A program made the position numbers and the translations under genes. A DNA stretch of 64,000 nt, from NCBI RefSeq assembly GCF_009914755.1, contig NC_060933.1. One strand, written 5' to 3'. The DNA is from the human T2T-CHM13v2.0 reference genome, Homo sapiens. The notes beneath the pieces are model-generated. The model saw nothing but the letters and a program-made list of their open reading frames with translations, was not told where the DNA came from and did no database searches. Position 1 is the first letter of the stretch, and each line of letters opens with the position of its first letter. This document shows positions 26,956-41,112 of this stretch, piece by piece.

Positions 26956-27677
26956 GTCTAAAGCAGTTGACATTTTCAGACCTTCGGTGCAAAACTCTGC
27001 AATACTATACTATAGTTCTTGAATTTGTGCACATTTCTATGATTTTAGGCACATGTTCTATGTGGACAATTAGCTATTAACTGCATGTTTTAAAGGGATA
27101 ATGGTTTATTTTGTCCCGGGTGTTTCAATTTCTATCTCCCTGGTCAGTGTGGTCAGCACAACTTTCAAACAGTGGTTATCATCTGTGATTTGGCTGCTTG
27201 GATCTTGCCTAATAACACTCCCCAGAAGAGTCAAGCTAGATTTAGGTGGCCCAGTATGGAAAGGGTGCCTGACAGTCTCTTTCTAGGAAGTTCTGAAGCA
27301 ATAGGTCATGTATTTGTGCTGCTGCTCCAGTGGTACCTTTTTGGACCTCAGTGGAAATTCTGATTCTGCCTTGGGCGTGATAAGAAAGAATCCAGATTTC
27401 TAGAAGCTCAAAGCTCTTGGGATAAAGCTCTGACCCTTCTCCACTGCAAGATTATATAGTAATCTTTCTGAAATATTTTTTAAACTTTAAATTTCCCTTT
27501 TAGTAAAATTTCACCGAAATTTTATTTGTTTCTGCTTAATAGAAAGTGGCTTCAAACCTTCTTGTACATGTTCTGTGAATCCATATATTTATACAAAAGC
27601 CACTCATCTAAAAAGACACAAAACTATTCTTGCTCCTACTCTGGCATCAGAAAGTGAGTCCTAACTTTGACCCCTGA

Positions 27678-28043
<366 letters not shown>

Positions 28044-28634
28044 TTATGGCTAATTGGGCCTTAGTTAAAAATCCCTATGTGGTCATGTGACTGGGGAGCT
28101 GAGGCTATGCCACCTGTGAGCCCCAGGGATCCCTTTGTTACTTCTAGCTTAGGCTTATCTTCTCTTCTCTGAGCTGCATGCTGCCCTCCATTTCAGCTTG
28201 TAAGAGGTGAGGCATCTTCTTTCAAAAATGTAATCTGAGCATCAGTCACCAAGTGATACTGGTAGGAGGTAACCATATGATAGAGATAAATCTCCTGCTG
28301 GGAAAGAAGCCAAATCATACTAGTGGCCAGCTTCAGTGGAATCTACTCAGTAAGCATATTTCATTGGAGATGAATATGCTCAGAGAGAGGCAGATCCACA
28401 AAGTCATCCAAATACTTAATGAGGCATTTTCTACCATAACATATGCTCAAAGAATTTAATGTCAGGCATTTATACATTACTTGAGTTATTTAATTTAATC
28501 CTTGCATCAACCTAACGAGGTAGGGATTCTTATGATCCCTTAGTTTGCAGGATGAGTAAACAAAGCTTACAGAGGTTAGGTGACTCACTGTCAAAGAACG
28601 AGTAAAATGAGAACTGCATTCTAACCTTGGACCA

Positions 28635-28995
28635 TGTATTAGTCTGTTTTCATGCTATTGATAAAGACATACCCAAGATTCAGTAAATTACAAAGAAAAA
28701 GAGGTTTAATGGACTCATAGTTCTACGTGGCTGGGGAGGCTTCACAATCATGGTGGAAGGGGAAAGGCACATCTTACATGGTGGCAGGCAAGAGGGAATG
28801 AGAGACAAGTGAAAGGGAAAACCCCTTATAAAACCATCATATCTCATGAGATTGATTCACTACCATGAGAACAATAGGAAGGAAACTGGCCCCATGATTC
28901 AATTATCTCCCACTGGGTTGCCCCCACAACACATGGGAATTATGGGAGCTACAATTCAAGATGAGATTTCATTGGGACACTGCCAAACCATATCA
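28635..28995 (-). mobile_element. THE1 (B/C-like) ERVL-MaLR solo LTR
   Basis: tgtattagtctgttttcatgct...gccaaaccatatca (reverse complement begins tgatatggtttggc). Perfect 5-bp TSD GACCA at 28630-28634 and 28996-29000. Confidence 0.95.
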
Positions 28996-29164
28996 GACCA
29001 TTCTTTTAAAAACTGTGCTATTAACCACGGTATCAGCAGTTCCCAACGTATCAGGCCCCACACTCCCAACCCCTTTAAAACAAATATTTAAGACTCTCTT
29101 TACTATCTGGAAATAAAATATATCAAAAATGTCATTTATCTACACACAAAACTTTAAAAGTTGT

Positions 29165-29535
29165 ACAATGGGATACTGTTTGGCAATAAAAAGGAGAAAA
29201 CTACTGACACTCAAAGCAATATGGATACATCCCAAAAACACTGTGTTAAGTCAATTCAAACACAAGAGTGCATTCTTTGTGATTCCGTTTGTATGATATT
29301 TAAGAGCAGGCAAAATCAATCGATGGGATTATAAATCAGAACACTGGTTGTCTTTAAGAGGGGAGAAGGGAGAGGATTGACAATAAAGAGGCATGAGGTG
29401 AGTAGAATGACAGAAATATTCCATATCTTGATGGAGTTTTACATGTATGAGGTATATATGTGTCAAAGTTCATCAAGATGTGCACTCAAAATTTGCATTT
29501 TACTGTTTGTAATTATACCTCATAAAATAAAAGCC
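29165..29535 (+). mobile_element. L1ME-type 3'UTR fragment
   Basis: acaatgggatactgtttggcaataaaaagg...tgattccgtttgtatgat...tgtcaaagttcatcaagatgtgcactcaaaatttgcattttactg. Confidence 0.75.
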
Positions 29536-32059
29536 AATGTAAAACTAATTAATTTACAGGAGAAATAAAAGGATTTTAACATGGTATATATATATTAATG
29601 TTTAGGCTGATGTATACTTGAAGACAAAATAAAATATTCAAATACTTCCATCTGTTATTAATAAATTTGGATTTTCAATTGGTAATTTAATATTGTCAAA
29701 ATGTTCTTTTTATATCACATTTTGAAGAAATGATTCACACATGTATACATAGGGACTCATTTAGAATGGGTCAGCTGTAAATGCAGACAGGTACAACGTA
29801 TCATATTGGGTTCACTAATATCATGACTACTGTTGTTGAATTGATGGACTACTCTTGGAAAAGTTCACTAAAATTTTTGCAATTTTTTCCCTCAATTTAC
29901 ACAGTAGTTTTAATTCTGGAAAATTTAGTGAATAAACTATGAAAAACATATTTTATATTTATAAATAAAACAGTTGAATTTAAATGTCAGATAATTATAC
30001 ATTGAGTTTTTATCTGTAAGAATTTCCAGATATTAAAAAACCATGTGAATTGCAGGACATGTCTTCATTATGGAAGAATTTCCTCTCATGGCAGTACGCC
30101 TTGTATCCCTCGCCCTTGTTCTTCAAATGCATGTAACACTCTCCCCAATTATTGTGACAACTCTAAACTGCACACATATCGCAAACACCTCGAGGGGAGC
30201 TGTAGTAGCTGAGCTATACTCCAGATAGTACTACAAATTTAAAACTCCTTCTCAAGTGCCACCCCTTGTGCTAAGCCTTCTTTAACATTTTCCGGGATCA
30301 TTAACCATCCTTTTCTGTCCTGTTAGAATCCCAATGATATTTTTGTCTTAGAAATTATCATGTTATATTTTATTTTTGGGAATTGTTGTTCTACTTGCCT
30401 ATGTCTCTCCCTAAATTACAAGGTCCTTGAGGCTGGAAATGTTTTTATCTTTAACACCCAACACAGTTCAGGCATGCATTTGTTGAAAGCATGCATGAAT
30501 GAATTAATATAACATTGAATGCAAACATCAAATCTACTGAGTCCACATGATCCACAAAAAGAACTGAATTTATTTTTGTTTTATTTTATTATTTGTTACA
30601 AACATACTATTATATAGTATAGTTGGGCTTTTTTAAGGATTAGAACAAACTGAGATTGAGAAACAAATAATTCTTTTAATAAGACCTCTTTTGAAACATG
30701 GTACTGGCATTAAAAAGGTAAATAAGCAGGAATATTTTACATAAAGACCTTCTTCTCATTTCCTTTTACTGAAAATTAAGATGCGATAAGTGCTATATCA
30801 AATTTTAAACCCAAGGCATCTCAGTATTATGCAATGAACAAAAAATAGAGGCAAGATTGCATAAAGAGAGCTATATTTATTTGAGAAAACAAAATGTGCT
30901 TCTTAAGATAACGCTTGGTGTCACCAATGGGAAAGTCTCACACAGGCCATTGTGCCCAGAAGGGCAGCTTTGTTTCCTCTGCACCTAAAGCCTTATCTGG
31001 GTTCTTCTTGTTATCGATAAACAATCTGAACTTGGTCGGCATTCATAGTTGCTAGGGATATATATATGTGACCATCCTAATAATTAAGTGGCTCTAAAAT
31101 TGTGATGAGATGAGCTTTCCTGATTTCCAATCCGTCTTGCTGTTGAGAAGATTGAATGACTTTTCAGACCTCTCAGCTCTTCGGAAACAAAGAGGTACAG
31201 TGTATGTATTCATCAAATCTCAGGCAAGCTACCATGGCTTTGCTCTGCAAATATGAGTGTTAGGATCTATGTGTTTATTTTTCTCATAAACCAGTAAGGG
31301 CTAATAAAATTAAGATTCCCAGAAAGGCCCACATTTTGAGATATATTTTATTTTACTATAAATATAAACAAAAATAAAACACTAGAGAACGGTCACAGTT
31401 ATATGTATATAAAGTCCCTTTTGAAGATTTTTTTTTCTTTTATATGAAAGCACAGAATTCAGATCTGGTTTGGGAAAGCCAAAAGCAAAGGCCAGATCAT
31501 TTACAATCTCCTCTATAACTCTTTGCTGTGGTAGGAAATTATTCCTGAATGTAATTTTGCTGAAGTCTTGTCTGGGGCATTCTGGGGACAAGTTTAGTGG
31601 ACCCTTTGGGATTACCAGGTACTTGAACTCAAGGCCAGGATATTCTAACTTTGTCATTGTATTTGGGGCATTTTACTGATAAGGAATCTTTAGAAGTCTC
31701 CTGGGATAGTAGTTTTAGGGCCAGCTGAGAACACTTAAATATGTACTTTAATAAATAATGGAAAAAGCCTCTTTTTCCAAAATGCCTTTGTTCATGTATC
31801 TCATTTCTCTGGACATTTTCTCTCCACTTAGAAACATTTGTAAAGATTTTTAGAAGGTATATTGGATAGAGTCTGGAAAGCATATTGATTATTTCTGAAA
31901 GAAAATACATAGCAACTCTTAAACAAGGGGACACATTCTTATGATATCTTTGTTCCATAAATCATTATTAGAAATAACATTTTTAGGAGAAATAAAATGA
32001 GCCTACAGAATTAGATAAGTCCAAGGGTTGTAAATATACAATTTCTTGTGCAGTTTCCT

Positions 32060-32780
<721 letters not shown>

Positions 32781-32885
32781 AATGTCCTCCATTTGTGGAT
32801 TTAAAAATTATAAGGAATACTTTGTGAATTTGTAACCCATATATAGTATGCTATTACCTGTTGGAGTCTTAATATCTCTATTGAG

Positions 32886-33466
32886 TGTATTAGTTTTATA
32901 GTTCTCCAATAGTAAATTACGACAAATTTAAGCAGCTTAAACAACACGAATTTACTATCTTATAGTATTGTAGGTGAGAATACAGTCTCACAGGTCTCAC
33001 AGGCCTGAAATCAAGGTCTTGGCAAAGCTGTATTACTTTTTGTAGGCCCTAGAAGAGGACTCCTTGCTTATTTGTGCTGGCAGAACTCAATTCCTTGTAC
33101 TTGTAGAACTGAGGTCCTTTTTCTTACTGCCTGTAGACTGAGGACTTTTCCCAGATTCTTTACCACATTCCTTGTCCAATGTTTTCTTTTCATCTACTTT
33201 GAAAGCCAGCAATAGTGGATTGAATTCCTCTCACATTGCAGTACTCAGAAACCACCGTTTTACCTTCTTCCTCTACCTATTTTTAAGGGCTCATGTAATT
33301 AGTACAGATAATCTGATTAATTTCCCTATCCCAAGGTCCTTAACCTTAGTCACACCTGCGAAGTCCCTTTTTGCTGGTAAGGTAACATCCACAGATTCTG
33401 GGGATTAGAACCTGAACATCTTTGGTTGTGATGTTGGTAGCGGGGGAAATATTCTGCCTACCCTAC
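32886..33466 (-). mobile_element. MLT1 (D/E-like) solo LTR
   Basis: tgtattagttt...agcagcttaaacaacacgaattta...ctgaaatcaaggtcttggc...aaggtaacatccacagattctggggattag...attctgcctacc. Confidence 0.8.
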
Positions 33467-35225
33467 TGTGCTACTTCAATGATACCTTAGCTAATATCCA
33501 TCCCATTTTACTCTGCCTGAATTATTGTTTTTGTCTGTTTGCCTTCAGCCTTTTCTTCTTTTCATACGCCTTTCACATTGCTGCCTAAGCTATCTAGCCA
33601 CAGCTTGCCATGAATCCTATGTTCTCACTCCACTGAACTATCTGCAGTTTTATAATCATACAACACTATTTTATGTTTCAGTTACTTTGTTCTCTTTCTA
33701 CTCTATATAAATTTTTCCTAAACATTTCTGATGATAAGAATCACATGCGATGCATATTGAACATAACTGGCCTCTACTAAGAATCAGAGAAGAATTTGAA
33801 AAGTTGCATGAACAAAAAAATAAGTCTAATTATCAGGCAAGTTTTGCAGACACTGAGGAAGCCCCTTCCTCTTCTACTCTTCTTCCTTTCCAGTTGTCAA
33901 ACTCATCTTCCAGGACTTATTTTAGGTGTTGCCTTTTGAATGAAGCCTTTTTGGATCTCATTGTCCATGCCAATCAAGGACAATGTCAGTTCTGAATTTT
34001 GGGCCTCCACTGTATTGCATAATTTGTCTTCATCGTGGTACTTATCAAATGCAATTACACCTATTAATTTACAACTAGGGATTTCTCTACTTAAGTATAA
34101 ATCTGAACATTTTTTTCTAGAAATGTTTTTCAGGAACTTGCATTAGAATCATCTGGATTCACTAAGGAAAAAAAAGAACAGAGAACAAATATTTAGCCCC
34201 CACTTCACACCTACCTAATCAGATGTGCTCAGGGATAGAACCTAGAAATTTATAATTCAATGAGTTGTATCTAATTTCTCTCCATATCTGTAGCACCTAG
34301 GTAATATAGAGAAAGAGATTCTCATTGCATGAGTCTGCAGTACAATGATGGGAGTGTGCTGACTGACCAAGATTAAAACACCATGAAAACATTACCACAG
34401 GAATCTCCCAAAAGTCCCTGGAAAGAAAAAGAATCTCCAATTTGTAAACGTGGAAATTTACTTCTAGGATAGATTCCAAGGATCTTGCTAGAAAAACATT
34501 AACAAACAAGCACATCGAATAATCCACCTGACTCTGTTCTGAGAAAAGAAACTTTATTATTATGCAGGAAAGGAAGCATGGCCCTGTGTATCTTCTATGG
34601 ATCCACAGGAGCTAGATCATAACATGTCTTAGACTACTTTATCTAAATTAAGTTATAGAACATAGATGCCACATTTATAATGTCTGGATAGGCTATGGTT
34701 TCTCTATGGCTACAGACTAAGATGCCTGCAGAGTAATAAACTGACTTAAGATATCAACACCTAACAAGGGTCACCACCAAAAAATGAAGCTGAATATTGA
34801 TAAAAATAGCCTTAAGGAAAACAAAATTTAAAGATGGAACATTTGAAAACTAAATGTGCCAGTTAATGATGATGCCAATTAATCAAGTTTCTTAAGAGGA
34901 AGGATGTTCTTATTTAAAATAACATACTAAGGTTGTAAATATCATTTGGGGAATAACCACACGATATTTTAAGAACATAAGCTATCCAAAACAGAATCCT
35001 GTTGTTCTCTAGGAATTGTTAACTATATAATAGGCACTATCTAATAACATTGTCATGGCACTCAGGAAACTCACAGTCCAGTGGAGAAGATAAATTTGTA
35101 TAAACCAGCTAAAATATAAGCAGATTATAATAATTCCATAAATAGATATGTGGTTAGTATTTGAGGCATACCTTTAAAAATGGAATACATTCAATATAGG
35201 AAGTTGATAAAACTAGAAAGATAGA

Positions 35226-35552
35226 AGCCAGGCACAGTAGCTCATGCTTGTAATCCTAGCACTTTGGGAGGCTGAGGCAGGATAATTGCTTAAGGCCAGG
35301 AGTTCAAGACCACCTGGGCAACATAACGAGACCCCATCTCTACAAAAAATTAAAAAAAATAAAACTAGCTCAGTGTGGTGGCACATACTTCTAGTCCTAG
35401 TTACTTGGGAGGCTGAGGTAGGTGGATCTCCTAAGCCCAGGAGTTCCAGGCTGCAGTGAGCCATGATCTTGCCACTGCCCTCCAGTCTGGGCAACAGAGC
35501 AAGACCCTGTCAAAAAAAAACAAAAAACAAACAAACAAACCAAAAAACAAAG
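35226..35552 (+). mobile_element. AluJ (Jo-like)
   Basis: ggataattgcttaaggccaggagttcaagacc and ctaagcccaggagttccaggctgcagtgagccatgatc; A/AAAC tail. Confidence 0.93.
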
Positions 35553-35761
35553 AAGAAGAGAGAAATTACCAATACCAGAAATGAAAAAGAGGAAATCATT
35601 ACAGATCTGTCATACACGAAAAGATGATAAAGGAATATTATAAACAACTTAATGATCATAAATTCACTATGTAGACACAATGGACAAATTCCTTGAATGA
35701 TACAGACTATAAGAGCTCATTCAAGAAGAGACAAATAACCTGTCTTATGTATGTGAACCTG

Positions 35762-35765
<4 letters not shown>

Positions 35766-35810
<45 letters not shown>
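35766..35810. repeat. (TA)n microsatellite, about 22 units
   Basis: Uninterrupted atatat run. Confidence 0.95.
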
Positions 35811-35813
<3 letters not shown>

Positions 35814-37751
35814 TCTTATATATATGAAATTGAATTTCTCTGTGGATTCCCTATTGAATTCCATGACTTAAGGTTATACTAATACCTATTCTTTGTATAC
35901 TCTTCCATAAAATAGAAGAATAGAGAGCTCTTCCAAACTCATAACAAACCAAAGATATTACAAAAAATTTCTCATTAATATAGTCATGATAATCCTTAAC
36001 AAAATATTATGAAATTAAATTAATTCATGAGTAATAAGTTATGGCCAAATGGGGGTTGCCATAGGAATAAAGGTTTGGCTCAACATTTTAAAATCAATTA
36101 ATAATTCATCTTATCAACAGACTAGAAAACAAGAACCATATAGTCATCTTCCCATAGTTAAGGAAAAGCATTTTACAAAAATCAAGGTATAGTTATTAAA
36201 AAAAAAAAAAAAAACTTCAGCAATGGGAACTTCCTGAACTCAATGAAGTGTGCCTCCAAAAAACCTGTAAGTAACATTATACTTGACAATGATTGAGAAT
36301 TTTTTCCCCATAAGATTGAGAAGAAGGCAAAGATGTCTGTTATCATCACTTACATTCAATATTGGAGAGCAAGGTAAAGTAATAAGGCCTAAATAAATAA
36401 ATTAAAGGCAAAAACATTTTAAAAGTAAGAAATAAAATTATCACTATTGAAGATGATATAATTTCCTACATAGAAAGTCACAAAGTATTTACAAATACAT
36501 TACTACAACTGAGTAAATAATGCAAGGTAGAATGCTACAAATTCAATGTAAAAAATCAATTTTAATTCACATAATGATAAGAAAACATGCAAATAAAAAT
36601 TTAAAAATATTATTTTAAAAAGTTTTAGAAAGCTTTGACTATTTAGGGATAAATATAAGTATATGCAAAATGCATATACTGGAAACTATAAAATTAAGAT
36701 ATACATTAGATAATTTAGACTGACTTACAAATTCTAAAAGCCAAAATTTTAAAGGTAGATGTTCATTCTTTCTGAACTGATATTTGGATTCGATTAAAAA
36801 AATGCAATCAAATTTCAGCAGGCTTTTACAAATATACATAAAAATCCACAAGCATATTCCAAAATGTATAAGAAAAACAATCTAAATAGCAAAAGAATTT
36901 TGTAAAAGAAGATGGAATTTAGAAAAATCTCACAACTTGATTTTGAGATCTACTATAAAGCTACACTAATCAATAAAGTATGGTATGGTGTACAGATACA
37001 CGTATAAATCAATGGAATAGATAGCTCATGAATAGATCATACACAAGCATCAATTGACTTTCAGCAAGAAGCAAAGGTAATTGAAGGGGAAAGGATTATA
37101 TTTTCCAAAAATGTAGTGCAGGAACAATCAGGCATCCATATGAGAAATAATGACTTTTCCCTTGCACCATACAAAAAAACAACTTGACATGGGTCATAGA
37201 TCTAAATTTACAAGCTAAAATTCTGAACATTTTGAAGAAAACATAAGGTAAAAATCTTTGTGAGCCTGAATTAGGCAAAGATTTCATAGATGGGTCATAA
37301 AAAACTAAAGCGATAGAAAATTGATATATTAAACATCATTAAAATTAAAATCCTCTGTTCTCCAAAATAAACTATTAAGAACATTTAAAGCCAAGTTAGG
37401 AAATGGTAGGAAACCTTGAAAAATTTTTATTTGATAAGGACTTGTGTCTAGAACAAAGGACTCTTCCAAGTCAATAGAATGATCCATTCAAGAATAGGCA
37501 AAAAATTTAACGATAATTCCTCAAAGATATATAAATGACAAGCACATGAAAAGATGCTCAACATTATAAATTAGAGAAATGTAGATTAAAATCATATCAG
37601 ATATCACCAAACACCTGTTAGGATAGCTAAAATTTAAGACTTGTAATACCAGTTGCTAGTGAAGACACAAAGCAAATGCAACTCTCATATGTTGCTAGCA
37701 GAAATGTTGAATGGTTCAGGCCTTTTATTAAACAGTTCAAAAATTTCTTTT

Positions 37752-37912
37752 AAATGTATTTTCCAAATTGTTAATTCTCTCTTTCTTTCTCAAGAATGCC
37801 AAAGAATTGAAGATTTGGTCTCTTTACATAATCTCATATTTCCTGAATTTTTGTTCATTTTTTAAAATTCTTTTTTCTTCATATTTTATCTAAGTTGATT
37901 CAAAGGACGGGT
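37752..37912 (-). repeat. Inverted copy of local L1 ORF1 segment 39823-39979
   Basis: The reverse complement aligns end-to-end with 39823-39979, with about 10 substitutions and 3 small indels (manual alignment). Confidence 0.92.
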
Positions 37913-39455
37913 AAACATTCGCTTACCACAATAAGGCAAAAATCCACTCCTAAGTTGTTACCCTAGAGAAATAAAAACAGATGTCTGCACAAAGATCTGT
38001 ATAGAATATTTATAGAAGCTTTATTCTTTATAGCCCTAAATTAGAAATAACCTAAATATCCATTATCTGATGAGCAAAAAGACAAATCAAAAATATCAAT
38101 GTAATGGACTATTACTCAGCATTAAAAAGGAATGAACCACTTTTATAAGCAGTAATGTGAGAGAATTGTAAAAGAACTCTATTAGGTATAGAAACCAAAC
38201 AGGATCCTGGGGACAAGATGGCTGATTAGACACAACCAGAAAGCACTGCCCCTACCAAGAGAAACCAAGGTTTTAAGTAAACCAACATACTGGACTGATC
38301 TTCAAAGAGAAAATGCTAAGAATGGATAAAGATGAGATGCAGACACTGAGGCTGAAGAGAGAAGAGGACCCTTTGTTGGGTACCAAAATGCTGAAGCTGC
38401 TTCCTTGCCCTAAATGGCTCCTTGGGAATGGGTGAGTTAAGGGACTGTGGGACTCCCTAGCTTTGCCATGGACCTCTGGGATCCAGGCTACAGCGAGTCC
38501 CATATCCCCCATGGACATTTAAGTTGACAGGAGGTTCTTCCTAGAGAGTAGACAGAGAGGAGCTTTAGCAGTGGAGGAACCCACGGGTCTTTGTGCACAG
38601 TGCAGCTTTGGCTGAGCATGGCCACAGGCGCTCATCCCTCAGAGCTCCCCATCTCCCTCCGAGAAGTTCTAGCCCCTGCTGACTGACAGGCGAGGAGAAA
38701 GTGGGGCATTTCCCTGTGGGACCGGGGCACATCTGTTCAGCAGGCCCTCCTGCCTGCCAGCTCCTCCCAGGGCCCCTGTCTGGCTGCCGTGCGGGAACAT
38801 GTGCACAGCACAGCCTCTGCTACCCGGTCTGGTTGCTTCGCTCCACCGATTCACTTTTCCAGCAGGCTGAGAACACTTTGGATTCCCTAGGGCACCCAGA
38901 ACTCGAATCCAAGGGTCCAGAGGTCAAAGTCACAAGCTGATCCTGGCACTTCAGGGTTGCAGTGCACAGCTTGGGAGTGCCAAGCTGCGATTTGTGGCCA
39001 GCACTCAAGTGGGAGTCTACACTCCCAGAAAACTGAGGGGATTGAGATGCATAAGTTCATGGGCTAGAGCAAGACTAGGTTGTGCCTCCTTCTGCAGGAT
39101 TGACCTGGAACTGACCTCTGCCCAGGGAGCCCCATGGCCTGGAACACCTAACAGAAGAAATGCAGGTCAGTGCCAGTGATCAGAGAGGGCGTCCACGAGG
39201 CCCAGGAATGGACCTGGTGAAGGAGTCACCTCTTTGCCTCCCTCTAGCAATTAACATGGCTGCAAATGCAAGGAAATATAGAGGAGCTCTGTGGCTAAAA
39301 GCCTGTTTACTGCCCATTACTGTTAAGCACCATCTACTGGATCACAGCCCAAACTATAATACATCACTAAAAATATTTTGATAGCATATTCCTTTGTGAA
39401 ACCAAGGGCAATAATTCAGATGTGAAAGAATCAGCAAGAACTCTGGCAATTTCAT

Positions 39456-39505
39456 GTCTATGGCTATATCACCTAAAATGTGCTGATCTCATCTGATTGA
39501 GCTAA
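39456..39505 (+). pseudogene. 5S rRNA 5' fragment retropseudogene (3'-truncated, tailless)
   Basis: gtctatggctatatcacctaaaatgtgctgatctcatctgat vs human 5S 1-43 GTCTACGGCCATACCACCCTGAACGCGCCCGATCTCGTCTGAT: 32/43 identical, five differences are CpG transitions. Interrupts collinear L1 sequence. Confidence 0.8.
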
Positions 39506-40780
39506 AAAGCCAGTGTCCTTTTACCTCCAAATGAATCCACTACCTCCCAAGCAATGGTATATAACCAGTCTGAGATGACTGAAATGAGACATATAGAATT
39601 CAGAATCTAAATGACAAGGAAGCTCATTGAGATTTAGGAGAAAGTTGAAATTCAATCCATGGAATCTACTAAAACAATCCAAGACAAAATAGCTATTTTA
39701 AGAAAGAACCAAACTGAAATTCTAGAGCTGAAAAATTCACTACAAGAATTTCATAATACACTCAATCAGAAGTATTGACAGAAGAATAGACCAAGCTGAG
39801 GAAAGAATCTCAGAGCTTGAAGACCTGTCCTTTGAATCAACTTAAATAAAAAGGAAGAAAAAATAATTTTAAAAAAATGAACAAAAACTCAGGAAATATG
39901 AGATTATGTAAAGAGACCAAGTCTTCAATTCTTTGGCATTCTTGAGAAAGAGAGAATAAGCAATTTGGAAAATATATTTGAGGATATAGTCCATGAAAAT
40001 GTCCCTAATATCACTAGAGAACTTGACATGCAAATTCAAGAAATACAGAGAACCCTGACTATGTACTATACAAGACAATCATCCCCAAGGCATATGGTCA
40101 TCAGATTTACCAAGGACAACACAAAAGCAAGCATCTTAAAGGCAGCTAGAAAGCAGGGGGAAGTCATGTACAGAGGGAACCCCATTAGGCTACCAGCAGA
40201 CCTCTCAGCAGAAACCTTATAAACCAGAAGACACTGGGGACCTATTTTCAGCATCCTTAAAGCAAAGAAATTCCAGTGAAGAATTTCATATTCTGCCAAA
40301 CTAAGCTTCATAAGTGAAGGAGAAATAAGATCCTCCTCAGACAAGCAAATGCTGAGGGATTCATTTTAACTAGACCAGTCTTATAAGAGGTCTTTAAGGG
40401 AACACTAAACATGGAATCAAAAGAACAACACCTGCTACCACAAAAACACACTTAAGCACATAGCCTATGGGCACTATAAAGCAACTAAACAATCAAATCT
40501 ACAAAACAACCAACTAGCAACATGAAGACAGAATTAAAGTCTCACATATGAATACTAGCCTTGAATGTAAATGGACTAAATGCCCCATTTAAAAGATACA
40601 GAGTGGCAACAAGGATAAAAAGACAAGACCCAACCATGTGCTGTCTTCAGGAGTGCCATTTCACATGTAACAACACCTACAGGCTCAAAGTAAAGGTATG
40701 GGGAAAGATATGCCATGCAAACAGAAGACAAAAAAGACCAAGTCTTGCTACCCTTATATCTGATAAAACAGACTATAATC

Positions 40781-41112
<332 letters not shown>

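Larger units (their letters stand above)
35555..38201 (+). mobile_element. Old L1M (L1ME/L1MC-like) ORF2 and 3' region, 5' portion (continues at 45576)
   Basis: Degenerate ORF2 (atggacaaattccttgaa, ggcaaagatgtctgttatcatcactt, aatcaatggaatag) and 3'UTR start (tactcagcattaaaaaggaatgaac). Confidence 0.85.

Noticed and set aside
29033-30200. Possible hAT/MER20-like DNA transposon around the L1ME fragment
   Set aside because: TIR-like start and MER20-like end are suggestive, but the family and boundaries could not be supported by eye.
38560-39220. GC-richer segment resembling a promoter or CpG island
   Set aside because: It is the 5'UTR of the old L1PA, and CpGs are mostly decayed.
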